Assembly (NCBI GenBank): GCA_963649295.1
Contig: CAVJHK010000001.1
Location: 4,636 to 68,635 of the forward strand
Length of the DNA stretch: 64,000 bases
Direction: 5' to 3'
Source of the DNA: Lachnospiraceae bacterium
GTDB taxonomy: Bacteria > Bacillota > Clostridia > Lachnospirales > Lachnospiraceae
In this document: piece after piece, positions 35,201-43,989 of the stretch
How positions within the stretch are numbered: the first letter of the stretch is position 1
How the letters are laid out: each line of letters opens with the position of its first letter
Made by a program: the position numbers and the translations under genes
The notes under the pieces: generated by a model
The model's input: only the letters and a program-made list of their open reading frames with translations
Told to the model about the DNA's origin: nothing
Databases searched by the model: none

Positions 35201-36600
35201 AGATAAAAGATGATATCATACGCGCGGAAGGGAATTTGAGAGGCTTGCGTGAAGAATTTGATAAATGTAAAAGTGAATTTATCACGTGCACCGAAAAGAA
35301 AAAGGGAATTTTGGAAAATCTTCCGGAATTCGGCGGAGAGCCTCTTACCAAAAATGAGATAGGGGATAATTTTAAAGGAAGAATTTTGGAAGCGAAGAAC
35401 GAAATAAATAATGTTGCGAATAAGGAAAAACGCCTTGATTCAGAAAATACTCAGCTTTCAAAGGTTGAGATGGGAGTGAATTTTTCACTTGAAACGGAAG
35501 TGCCTGAAAATGAAGGTGAACTGCCGGTGACTGTGCTTTCACGGGACGTGGTCGCAGAATGGAATGATTTGAAGCGTGATTTTGACAATTCAAAGGATAA
35601 TTATTTTTCGGCAAAAGACAAATTAATGATGATGCTTCGTGATACAAAAGCAAAGTTTGACGGACGTGTGCTTATTGAAATTACGACAAAGCTTTCGGAT
35701 ATTTTGAAGCTGTTTGATTGTTCGGGTGTAAAAAAAGACCGCTTAAAGAGCGCTTCGGAAGGTATCCTTGCGATGACGGATTCCGTCAGCAAAATAAACA
35801 GCCGGATAGAGACGGATTTAAAGGAAATCGAAAATGATTTTAATGATATCATAAATCAATGCATGAACCAGGGACGAAGAATGTATCACGATCTGCGTGC
35901 GATTGCGATGAGCTCCAAAGCGCAGGTGTTTGCAAACAAGCCGCAGGTTCAGATGTTAAAGCTTGATTTGCCCGAAGAAAACGCTCTTTCCGAAGAAGCG
36001 GGGAGAACGGCAATAGAGGAGGAGCTTACAAGCGGTGCAAACGAAATAAGAGACATGCTTATAAAAGGCGCAGAGGAATGTGAAATTTTGAAACGCGCAA
36101 ATAAAATTGTGTCAAGTGAACGGCTTTTGCACAAATATATAAAGAAGGACTCGATTGCGGTTAAAGTTTATAAAATCGACATGACATCGGAAAACTCAGG
36201 CTACAAGCGTTGGGAGGAGGCTCTCACGGAAAACTCGGGCGCAGAAAAGTTTGTAGTGTTTTTTGCGGTTGTGCTTACTCTTATGAATTATACAAGAGCC
36301 GAAGCGGGAGTTGTAAATAAAAGAGCAAAGAGTGTGCTTGTCCTGGACAATCCGTTCGGAAAAATCACGTCGGCGCACCTCTTAAAGCCTATGTTTGATA
36401 TAGCGCGTCACTTTAACGTGCAACTTATCTGCCTTTCCGATATCAACAAGAGTGACGTCACAAATTGCTTTGAATGTGTGATAAAGCTTGTGATCAAATC
36501 GCAAAGTCTTTCGAATTTTGAAATAATGACACATGCGGGAAACGAAATGATAGAACACGGATTTTATAAGGTTATGAACGGGCAGATGAGTTTGTTTTGA
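32206..36600 (+). CDS. SMC-like coiled-coil ABC-type ATPase (JetC/MksB/MukB-like candidate)
   Basis: 1,464 aa from ATG 32206, with GGAGAAA upstream and a 17-nt overlap with the previous gene. It has a P-loop NLNNGGGKT, very long E/K-rich coiled coils with a central non-coiled block, a signature-like SGAEKF and a Walker B VLVLDNPFG near the C-terminus. Confidence 0.7.
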   Translation: MPQISKIRIVNFYYNNGKRFIADELYDLENEKGEALNTLFNLNNGGGKTVLVQLMMQPVNPRAMAGGRRIEDYFERSADHSFVLIEWIMDESRERLMTGIAIAASSVNSSDDNERGNRIRYYTFKSVYEDYSPYSIANLELSKNENGRFVPAGFEFVKDKGKQSKGALLCYSSDDARLWEKELSDYGILRSEWENVIETLNKDEGGLNEYFGDAKTSDKLISKFFIPAIEKKIKSVGNNTSDGSLGTMLISYAKKITEKESVMRERDINRELLTELRGTLDESRALFAAADAFAVNTGKVRSFKAAISKRTAEIESEKAKFEAKINSLNERIHHIAHEEKSKDFYIASDNLEIASEAYKASKEKYDDCDELLKNLRKSEDILNAAKICGEIREKEAEIKELKKLIEEKENNSEDAERIAALKFSVLLKAKEKEEKESAALNYKKNELDTVNAEYEKNRHKEHDVKEILEKAKEESLKAEISLKETKKTTDNLVQKFSLNVNRRLDGFYEIDEIEEERANAALEKETLEKEKRHLSNELERIERLKEELPARISDNMLESQRKDDEKRNIEQEIKHFDVAYEKIIGICNKYNFEPEAVWNGNLCLAAETELKNSRAKYNKAEKDKAALNDMLTAAKNGCLHILPEIMEYIRSTGIYCITGEDYLCRQSAAQNITKERLDKILDEYPEIAYSVLFDTEKDLKRFLEAGNSDWTQSCIPLFTMERVNLILKGEFDRAEFFACCDREYFAAPERFSEKKEEEISELEGKIKRYAGHISECEKDIKEIQGFCYDKNWKKTRGTELLSLEASIEWFADEIKRLEAELDGAKKQYKVTKRLYEEAGEKIANSEKRLEGIADVILNIDCENNLFDTWQKCSGNVKNAENAFEMASDAVKKSEKQLDDLNIEISEINRILLGVKEILKKVSGAKPVKNEKITDGETNELYSRYLTLCENLSKDLEALNEKLNIVNKRKSDAERELKNYKNCQREEYENIQFSAERMEKIKDDIIRAEGNLRGLREEFDKCKSEFITCTEKKKGILENLPEFGGEPLTKNEIGDNFKGRILEAKNEINNVANKEKRLDSENTQLSKVEMGVNFSLETEVPENEGELPVTVLSRDVVAEWNDLKRDFDNSKDNYFSAKDKLMMMLRDTKAKFDGRVLIEITTKLSDILKLFDCSGVKKDRLKSASEGILAMTDSVSKINSRIETDLKEIENDFNDIINQCMNQGRRMYHDLRAIAMSSKAQVFANKPQVQMLKLDLPEENALSEEAGRTAIEEELTSGANEIRDMLIKGAEECEILKRANKIVSSERLLHKYIKKDSIAVKVYKIDMTSENSGYKRWEEALTENSGAEKFVVFFAVVLTLMNYTRAEAGVVNKRAKSVLVLDNPFGKITSAHLLKPMFDIARHFNVQLICLSDINKSDVTNCFECVIKLVIKSQSLSNFEIMTHAGNEMIEHGFYKVMNGQMSLF

Positions 36601-36674
36601 GCGGAAGAAAAACGTGTCAGTAGTTTGAACATAAAAATTACAAGGAAGGAGAATAATATGATATCGATAAAAAA

Positions 36675-36821
36675 ATGTTGGTAGGAATAGCCATTACTAT
36701 ATTTGGGTGTGCAGTTTCGGCGTGTGATGCATTGGTTACGTATTCTATGGTAGGATTGCTGATTTCGTTGTATGGTCTTATTATTACCTGCCGCGGATAT
36801 TGGTTTAAGGAAGACAAATGA
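36675..36821 (+). CDS. small hydrophobic protein (48 aa, two predicted TM helices)
   Basis: MLVGIAITIFGCAVSACDALVTYSMVGLLISLYGLIITCRGYWFKEDK. It is below the ORF-track cutoff. A strong RBS and ATG (36643-36660) lie upstream, but out of frame by one base of an A7 run. Confidence 0.35.
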   Translation: MLVGIAITIFGCAVSACDALVTYSMVGLLISLYGLIITCRGYWFKEDK

Positions 36822-36829
36822 ATTGCGAT

Positions 36830-36871
36830 AAAAAAGAGATGTGAAGCATCAGCCGCACATCTCTTTTTTTC
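36830..36871. terminator. bidirectional rho-independent terminator
   Basis: A-run, then the stem agagatgtg / cacatctct with a 12-nt loop, then a T7 run. It lies between convergent genes. Confidence 0.8.
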
Positions 36872-36880
36872 TGAAATTAA

Positions 36881-39523
36881 TTATTTTTTGATTTTTCTTT
36901 GAACAAATTTTACGATCTCCACAATCGGGATTACAATAATCGCAAGCGCAAGTGCCGTGATATATTCCTTAAATCCGATTGATGTAAATCCAAAAGCTTT
37001 TGCAAGGAAAGGAATTTCAAGTACGCATGTGGTAAGAACAAGCGATCCTATCATTGCGAGCCACAAAACCTTGTTTTGCTTCTTTAAGGTAAATACGGAC
37101 TTTCTTTGCGAACGAAGGTTAAACGAGTGGAAAATTTCGCACATGGACATTGTGAGGAATGCCATTGTCATTCCGTGATTCGATATGCCGTCCGGCATGC
37201 TGAAGTGACCGACCTCAAACGAATTTCCGATTATATAGGAAATAAGTGTGAGCGCTGTTACAAGTACGCCCTGGTAAATAATGTCTCCGAGCATTCCACC
37301 CGCAAAGATGCCTTCCTTTGAATCACGGGGCGGCCGGCTCATGGTGTCGGGTTCTGCGTCTTCAAGTCCGAGCGCGAGAGCGGGGAAGCAGTCCGTTACA
37401 AGGTTAATGAAAAGCAGGTGTACGGGATTAAGGAGCGTAAAGCCCATAAGCGTTGCGCTGAATACGCCCAGCACCTCACTCATGTTTGAAGCAAGGAGGA
37501 ACTGGATTGCTTTTCTTATATTGTCATAAATTCTGCGTCCTTCATGAACTGCGGAAACGATTGTCGCAAAGTTGTCGTCGGCAAGTACCATGTCGGCGAC
37601 GTTTTTGGTGACGTCGGTTCCGGTAATTCCCATTCCGACACCGATGTCGGCGGATTTTATCGAAGGAGCGTCGTTTACGCCGTCGCCCGTCATTGCGGTG
37701 ATTTTTCCGAGTGATTTCCAGGCGGTTACGATACGTGTCTTGTGCTCGGGCTGAACTCTCGCATAAACAGAATATTTCTGAACGGCTTCCTGTATTTTGT
37801 CATCCGGAATTTCATTTAATTCCGCACCTGTGATTGCCTCTGATGCGTCTTTTATGATTCCGAGCTCTTTTGCGATTGCGACAGCCGTATCCTTGTGGTC
37901 ACCCGTAATCATTATCGGACGGATTCCCGCGCTGCGGCATTCGTTGATTGCTGCCTTTACTTCGGGACGAACGGGATCGATCATGCCTGTAAGTCCGATA
38001 AATGTTAAATCTTTTTCAAGATATTCTGATGAGTTGTCTGTGGGCTTATTGTCCCAGTCACGCTTTGATGCGGCAAGGACTCTGAGCGCACGGTCCGCCA
38101 TCGATTTGTTTGCTTCTTCGATTTCTGCGCGTTTTTCGGGAGTCATCGGGAATTCTTTTCCGTTTTCGATGTATTTTGTACATCTTGAAAGTATTACGTC
38201 GGGACCGCCCTTTGTATATTGTATAAACGAATTGCTGCTTTTGTGGATTGTTGACATCATCTTACGGCCCGAGTCAAAAGGAGCTTCGTCAACTCTCGGT
38301 GTTATGCCTTCGAGCTCCTGTTTCTTGAGCCCCACGGAATAGGCATAATTTACAAGTGCACATTCGGTAGGCTCGCCTTCCGCAATGTTTTCGGCATTTA
38401 AATTTGCGTCCGAGCACAGTGCCATGGCAGCTGCAAGGAGCTTTTCGTCACCTATGTGATCCACAACGGTCATCTTGTTCTGGGTGAGCGTGCCTGTTTT
38501 ATCGGAACATATTATCTGTGTGCATCCGAGTGTTTCAACAGCGGTAAGCCTGCGGATAACGGCATTTTGTTCGGACATCTTTGTAACACCGATAGAAAGC
38601 ACAACGGTTACAACAGTCGCAAGACCTTCGGGAATTGCGGCAACGGCAAGAGAAACGGCTACCATGAAGGTTTTTAGGATAACGGCGAGCTCAAAGTTGC
38701 GCTCCATCAAAAGGTTGAACACAAAGATGAATACGCATATAAAAAGTACCATTTTACTCAGCATCCGTCCGAGCTCATCAAGCTTCTTTTGGAGAGGAGT
38801 CTGCTCTTCTGCGGTGTCAGCAAGGGCGCCTGCGATTTTTCCCATTTCGGTATTCATTCCCGTGCCCGTGATAACAGCTCTTCCGCGTCCGAAAACAACG
38901 GTTGATCCCATGTAGCACATGTTTTTTCTGTCACCGAGAGGAATGTCTTTTTGTGCGCCGTCAAGACCGAGTGCCTCGATAACCTTGTTTACCGGAACGG
39001 ATTCGCCGGTAAGGGCGGCTTCTTCTATCTTTAACGAGGCGTTTTCGATTATTCTTCCGTCTGCCGGAATTGCGTCGCCGGCTTCAAGGATTACGACGTC
39101 GCCCGGGACAAGTGCGTCCGCATGTATAACGGACATTTTGTTGTCACGCATAACCTTGCAGGTGGCGGCGGTCATTGTCTGCAATGCCGCTATTGCTTCT
39201 TCTGCCTTGCTTTCCTGTATAACGCCCAGAACGGCATTAAGGATAACAACCATAAGTATGATTATTACGTCGGCCCATTCGTTTTCGCCCGAAAGCATTC
39301 CGGTAAGTGCGCTGACACCGGCCGCAATGATCAGGATGATAAGCATCGGGTCTTTGAGCTGTGTGAGAAAACGCTCGAGAAGCGTAGGCTTTTTGGCTTC
39401 GGCAAGCTTGTTTGGTCCGTATTTGGTGAGTCGTTCTGCGGCTTCGGCTTCCGTAAGCCCGTTTTCGGCGGATCCGAGGCTTTTTAAAACTTCGGAAACC
39501 GATTCCCGGTATTCTTTGTTCAT
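36881..39523 (-). CDS. P-type Ca2+-transporting ATPase (P2-type)
   Basis: ICSDKTGTLTQNKM phosphorylation motif, TGDGVNDAPSIK hinge motif and about 10 TM segments. ATG 39523 follows AGGGGG. Confidence 0.9.
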   Translation of the reverse strand: MNKEYRESVSEVLKSLGSAENGLTEAEAAERLTKYGPNKLAEAKKPTLLERFLTQLKDPMLIILIIAAGVSALTGMLSGENEWADVIIILMVVILNAVLGVIQESKAEEAIAALQTMTAATCKVMRDNKMSVIHADALVPGDVVILEAGDAIPADGRIIENASLKIEEAALTGESVPVNKVIEALGLDGAQKDIPLGDRKNMCYMGSTVVFGRGRAVITGTGMNTEMGKIAGALADTAEEQTPLQKKLDELGRMLSKMVLFICVFIFVFNLLMERNFELAVILKTFMVAVSLAVAAIPEGLATVVTVVLSIGVTKMSEQNAVIRRLTAVETLGCTQIICSDKTGTLTQNKMTVVDHIGDEKLLAAAMALCSDANLNAENIAEGEPTECALVNYAYSVGLKKQELEGITPRVDEAPFDSGRKMMSTIHKSSNSFIQYTKGGPDVILSRCTKYIENGKEFPMTPEKRAEIEEANKSMADRALRVLAASKRDWDNKPTDNSSEYLEKDLTFIGLTGMIDPVRPEVKAAINECRSAGIRPIMITGDHKDTAVAIAKELGIIKDASEAITGAELNEIPDDKIQEAVQKYSVYARVQPEHKTRIVTAWKSLGKITAMTGDGVNDAPSIKSADIGVGMGITGTDVTKNVADMVLADDNFATIVSAVHEGRRIYDNIRKAIQFLLASNMSEVLGVFSATLMGFTLLNPVHLLFINLVTDCFPALALGLEDAEPDTMSRPPRDSKEGIFAGGMLGDIIYQGVLVTALTLISYIIGNSFEVGHFSMPDGISNHGMTMAFLTMSMCEIFHSFNLRSQRKSVFTLKKQNKVLWLAMIGSLVLTTCVLEIPFLAKAFGFTSIGFKEYITALALAIIVIPIVEIVKFVQRKIKK

Positions 39524-39704
39524 TTGATACCCCCTGTTGGATGTGAAAAGTTGATTGGTTAAATTTTGCAATGTCTAACCATTATATACCTAATTAGATT
39601 AAAATCCATAAATTTTTGAATAAATGGTATATTTTTTTGATACATAAATCGCTTTAAGCACCGGGCACGGGGGAAAAACAAAAAATGAAAGCGACCGGGG
39701 AATA

Positions 39705-39835
39705 ATCGGAAATGACATGAAAGTAATTTGGAAGCAAGTTGGAAGTGAATTGGGAATGATCCGGAAGAAAGTTGGAAATAACTTGGAAATTTTTTGGAAA
39801 TAATTTGGAAATGACTTGGAAATTCGTATATGTTT
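39705..39835. repeat. array of about ten (T)TGGAA(A/G) motifs at 10-13-bp spacing
   Basis: Read directly: ..cggaaatgac..tttggaagca agttggaagtga attgggaatgat ccggaagaaa gttggaaataac ttggaaattttt tggaaataat ttggaaatgac ttggaaattcg. Confidence 0.9.
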
Positions 39836-39889
39836 ATGATACAATAATGCCGGTAATCGGTTTGCTAAGTTAAACGAGGAGAAAACAGT

Positions 39890-40984
39890 ATGACGGAAGA
39901 AATGCTCGGAATAAAAAAAACAGCGGAAAATTTGGGGATGTCCGTAAGACGTGTCAATCAATTATGTAATGAGGGCAAAATAAAAGGTGCCAGAAAAATC
40001 GGTGGTGTCTGGAAGATTCCCGAAGATTCGGAGGATTTAAAAAAAATTGCCGAAAAAAGAAAAATAAAACATAATCAATTAATGCCTCTTCTTCCGTGTC
40101 CTGTCGGAATTACCTCTTACAGGGAAGTTTCCGCAGAGTGCTATTATGTTGATAAAACGCTTATGATAAAGGAACTTATAGATTCTCACAATAAAGTGAC
40201 TTTGTTTACGCGTCCGCGCAGATTCGGCAAAACCCTCACCATGGATATGATTAAAACTTATTTTGAGAAGACGGATGAAGATGTGTCCGGTTATTTTTCA
40301 AATCGTGCAATTTGGTCGTGCAGTGACTCCTATAAGACATATATGGGCGCGTATCCGGTGATTTTTATTTCATTTAAAGATGCACATCAGAATACCTGGC
40401 GCGATATGTACGAAAGCCTTTTGATGTCAATCCGCGGCGAATACAAAAGGCATATGAATGTTCTTGAAAGTAAGCTTGTTTCGGAAATAGACAAGGCTTT
40501 TTTTAAAAGAATGCTGAGCGGAAAGGTGTCGGAAGTGGAAGCACAGGCGTCTCTCGGACAATTGTCGCATATTTTGTCGGATTCCTATGATTCAAGGGTG
40601 ATTGTGATTATTGACGAATATGATACGCCTATTCAGCAGGGATACGACAACGGTTATTATAACGAAGTCATTTCTTTTATGAGAAATCTGTTTTCTGCGG
40701 TGCTGAAGGATAACGCAGCCCTTGAATTCGGAATATTGACGGGAATTCTTCGTGTTGCAAAGGAAAGCTTATTCAGCGGGTTGAATAATTTGGTCGTCAA
40801 TACGATTTTGGATGAAAGGTATTCGGAGTATTTTGGTTTCACATTGGCGGAAGTTAGGGAAATGGCCGCATATTACGGAAAACCCGAAAAAATAGAGGAA
40901 ATATCCGATTGGTATGACGGATACAGGTTCGGTAAATCGGAAATATTTAATCCCTGGTCGGTTATAGGAGCGGCAATGACATGA
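39890..40984 (+). CDS. HTH + AAA-ATPase-like domain protein (N-terminal part of a split gene)
   Basis: N-terminal HTH of the same type as the 20523 product. TRPRRFGKTLTMDMI is a Walker A-like motif of the predicted AAA-ATPase (DUF1703-associated) family. The product ends shortly after NPWSV. Confidence 0.6.
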   Translation: MTEEMLGIKKTAENLGMSVRRVNQLCNEGKIKGARKIGGVWKIPEDSEDLKKIAEKRKIKHNQLMPLLPCPVGITSYREVSAECYYVDKTLMIKELIDSHNKVTLFTRPRRFGKTLTMDMIKTYFEKTDEDVSGYFSNRAIWSCSDSYKTYMGAYPVIFISFKDAHQNTWRDMYESLLMSIRGEYKRHMNVLESKLVSEIDKAFFKRMLSGKVSEVEAQASLGQLSHILSDSYDSRVIVIIDEYDTPIQQGYDNGYYNEVISFMRNLFSAVLKDNAALEFGILTGILRVAKESLFSGLNNLVVNTILDERYSEYFGFTLAEVREMAAYYGKPEKIEEISDWYDGYRFGKSEIFNPWSVIGAAMT

Positions 40985-41715
40985 TTTTGGATGTGATAAA
41001 AGACGGAAAGCCCGAAATACAGGATTCACTTACCCGTCTTTTGCAAGGCTCGCATGTTAAGGCTTTTATTGATACCGACATCATATATCCGGAAATTAAG
41101 TCATCCGAAGATGCGATTTACAGTTTTTTGATGATGACGGGATATCTTAAAATATCCGAAATTGTGACAGATTTTGATGATAATCCGGTATGCAATCTTT
41201 TGATTCCGAACAAAGAAATAAAAATGATTTTCAAAAAAGAAATTCTTGATAATTTGTCTCAAACGATGAATCAATCGGTTATCAGGAACTTTCAGTTAGC
41301 TCTTAAAACAAACAACAAAGAAGAACTTCAAAAAACGATACGCGAATATTTGATTATGACGACAAGCTATTTTGACACGGCAAAGGAAAGCTTTTATCAC
41401 GGAATTATGCTTGGTCTTTTGGCAATTATGTCGGATGACTATCGGATTATGTCAAACAGAGAAGCAGGAGAAGGACGATTTGACATTTTGATGACTCCCG
41501 TTTCAAAAACAAACCCCGGAATTGTTATGGAATTTAAGGTGGGCGGCAATGCCGACGAAAAAGAATTGGAAAAACTGGCGGAGATTGCGATAAAGCAGAT
41601 CCGGGATAAGAAATACGCTACCGTATTTAAGACGGACGAAATAGCGGATGTCCGCGCATACGGAATTGCTTTTTGCAAAAAAAAGGCGGTTGTTAAAACG
41701 ATACGATTGTGGTAA
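40981..41715 (+). CDS. PD-(D/E)XK nuclease-like C-terminal part of the split gene
   Basis: YHGIMLGLL....NREAGEGRFDILM....IVMEFKV is the typical PD-(D/E)XK (DUF1703-type) core. An ATGA overlap joins it to the upstream ORF. Confidence 0.6.
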   Translation: MILDVIKDGKPEIQDSLTRLLQGSHVKAFIDTDIIYPEIKSSEDAIYSFLMMTGYLKISEIVTDFDDNPVCNLLIPNKEIKMIFKKEILDNLSQTMNQSVIRNFQLALKTNNKEELQKTIREYLIMTTSYFDTAKESFYHGIMLGLLAIMSDDYRIMSNREAGEGRFDILMTPVSKTNPGIVMEFKVGGNADEKELEKLAEIAIKQIRDKKYATVFKTDEIADVRAYGIAFCKKKAVVKTIRLW

Positions 41716-41859
41716 TGAATTATAATGTATTCTATATGAATAAAAACTAAAAAAACCTCTTGCATTTATTTTTGTATTGTTGTATACTTGCCGACAGGAC
41801 AAAGGCGTCTTAAATCCGGCATATTTATGCCTGTTTTTAGGAGCCTTAATTTTTTTTAG

Positions 41860-43218
<1,359 letters not shown>

Positions 43219-43305
43219 AAAAAGTAAGATCGCGGAGCAGTAAACGCATTATTGAGCACAAAAATTCGTTTTGATCGCAATATAATACAAGGAGAACGGC
43301 ACAAC

Positions 43306-43830
43306 ATGCAAAACATTTTGATGGTTATCGATATGCAGAATGATTTTATCGACGGAGCGCTCGGTACTCCGGAAGCGGTAAAAATTGTTCCTTATGTTAT
43401 CGAAAAGATTAAAAATTTTGACGGTAAAGTCTTTTTTACGCGGGATACGCATTTTGAAAATTATTTACAAACGCAGGAAGGAAAAAATCTCCCCGTCCCC
43501 CATTGCATAAAGGGGACCGACGGCCGGCAAATAAGAAAAGAGATTGATTTTTTGAGAAAAACAGAGCCGATCGACAAGGTTACATTCGGATCGAGTGATT
43601 TGCCCAAACTCCTTTTAAAGGAAAATACCTTGGATCCGATATCTTCAATTACCTTTGTGGGACTTTGCACCGACATATGCGTTATTTCAAATGCGCTTAT
43701 CACAAAAGCGTTTTTACCGGAAACAGAGATTATTGTTGACGCAAAAGGTACCGCGGGTGTTACACCCAAATCTCACCAAAATGCCTTAAATGCGATGAAA
43801 ATGTGCCAGATAAAGATAGTAAACGAATAA
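43306..43830 (+). CDS. isochorismatase-family cysteine hydrolase (nicotinamidase-like)
   Basis: VIDMQNDFIDGALG and GLCTDICV motifs. ATG 43306 follows AAGGAGA. Confidence 0.8.
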   Translation: MQNILMVIDMQNDFIDGALGTPEAVKIVPYVIEKIKNFDGKVFFTRDTHFENYLQTQEGKNLPVPHCIKGTDGRQIRKEIDFLRKTEPIDKVTFGSSDLPKLLLKENTLDPISSITFVGLCTDICVISNALITKAFLPETEIIVDAKGTAGVTPKSHQNALNAMKMCQIKIVNE

Positions 43831-43933
43831 TTGGGACGTTAAGTACAAAAAACGTTAAATAAAAGACATTAAATAAAAAGTATTGAATAAAAAGTATTAA
43901 ACAAAAAAACGTTGAATGAAAAAAACGTCGAAT

Positions 43934-43975
43934 AAAAAAAAGAACGTAGCGGACAGGCGCTATGTTCTTTTTTTG
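43934..43975. terminator. bidirectional terminator
   Basis: A-run, then the stem agaacgtagcg / cgctatgttct (one G-U pair), then a T7 run. It lies between convergent genes. Confidence 0.75.
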
Positions 43976-43989
43976 TTTACATTTTACAA

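Noticed and set aside
32576-36378. Numerous minus-strand ORFs inside the SMC-like ATPase gene
   Set aside because: They are Ser/Phe/Leu-rich mirror images of an E/K-rich coiled-coil CDS. The single 4.4-kb plus-strand frame is far more parsimonious.
36957-39527. Plus-strand ORFs (for example 37797-38342, 38475-38915, 38919-39527) opposite the Ca-ATPase gene
   Set aside because: They are antisense to a P-type ATPase that carries all its signature motifs.
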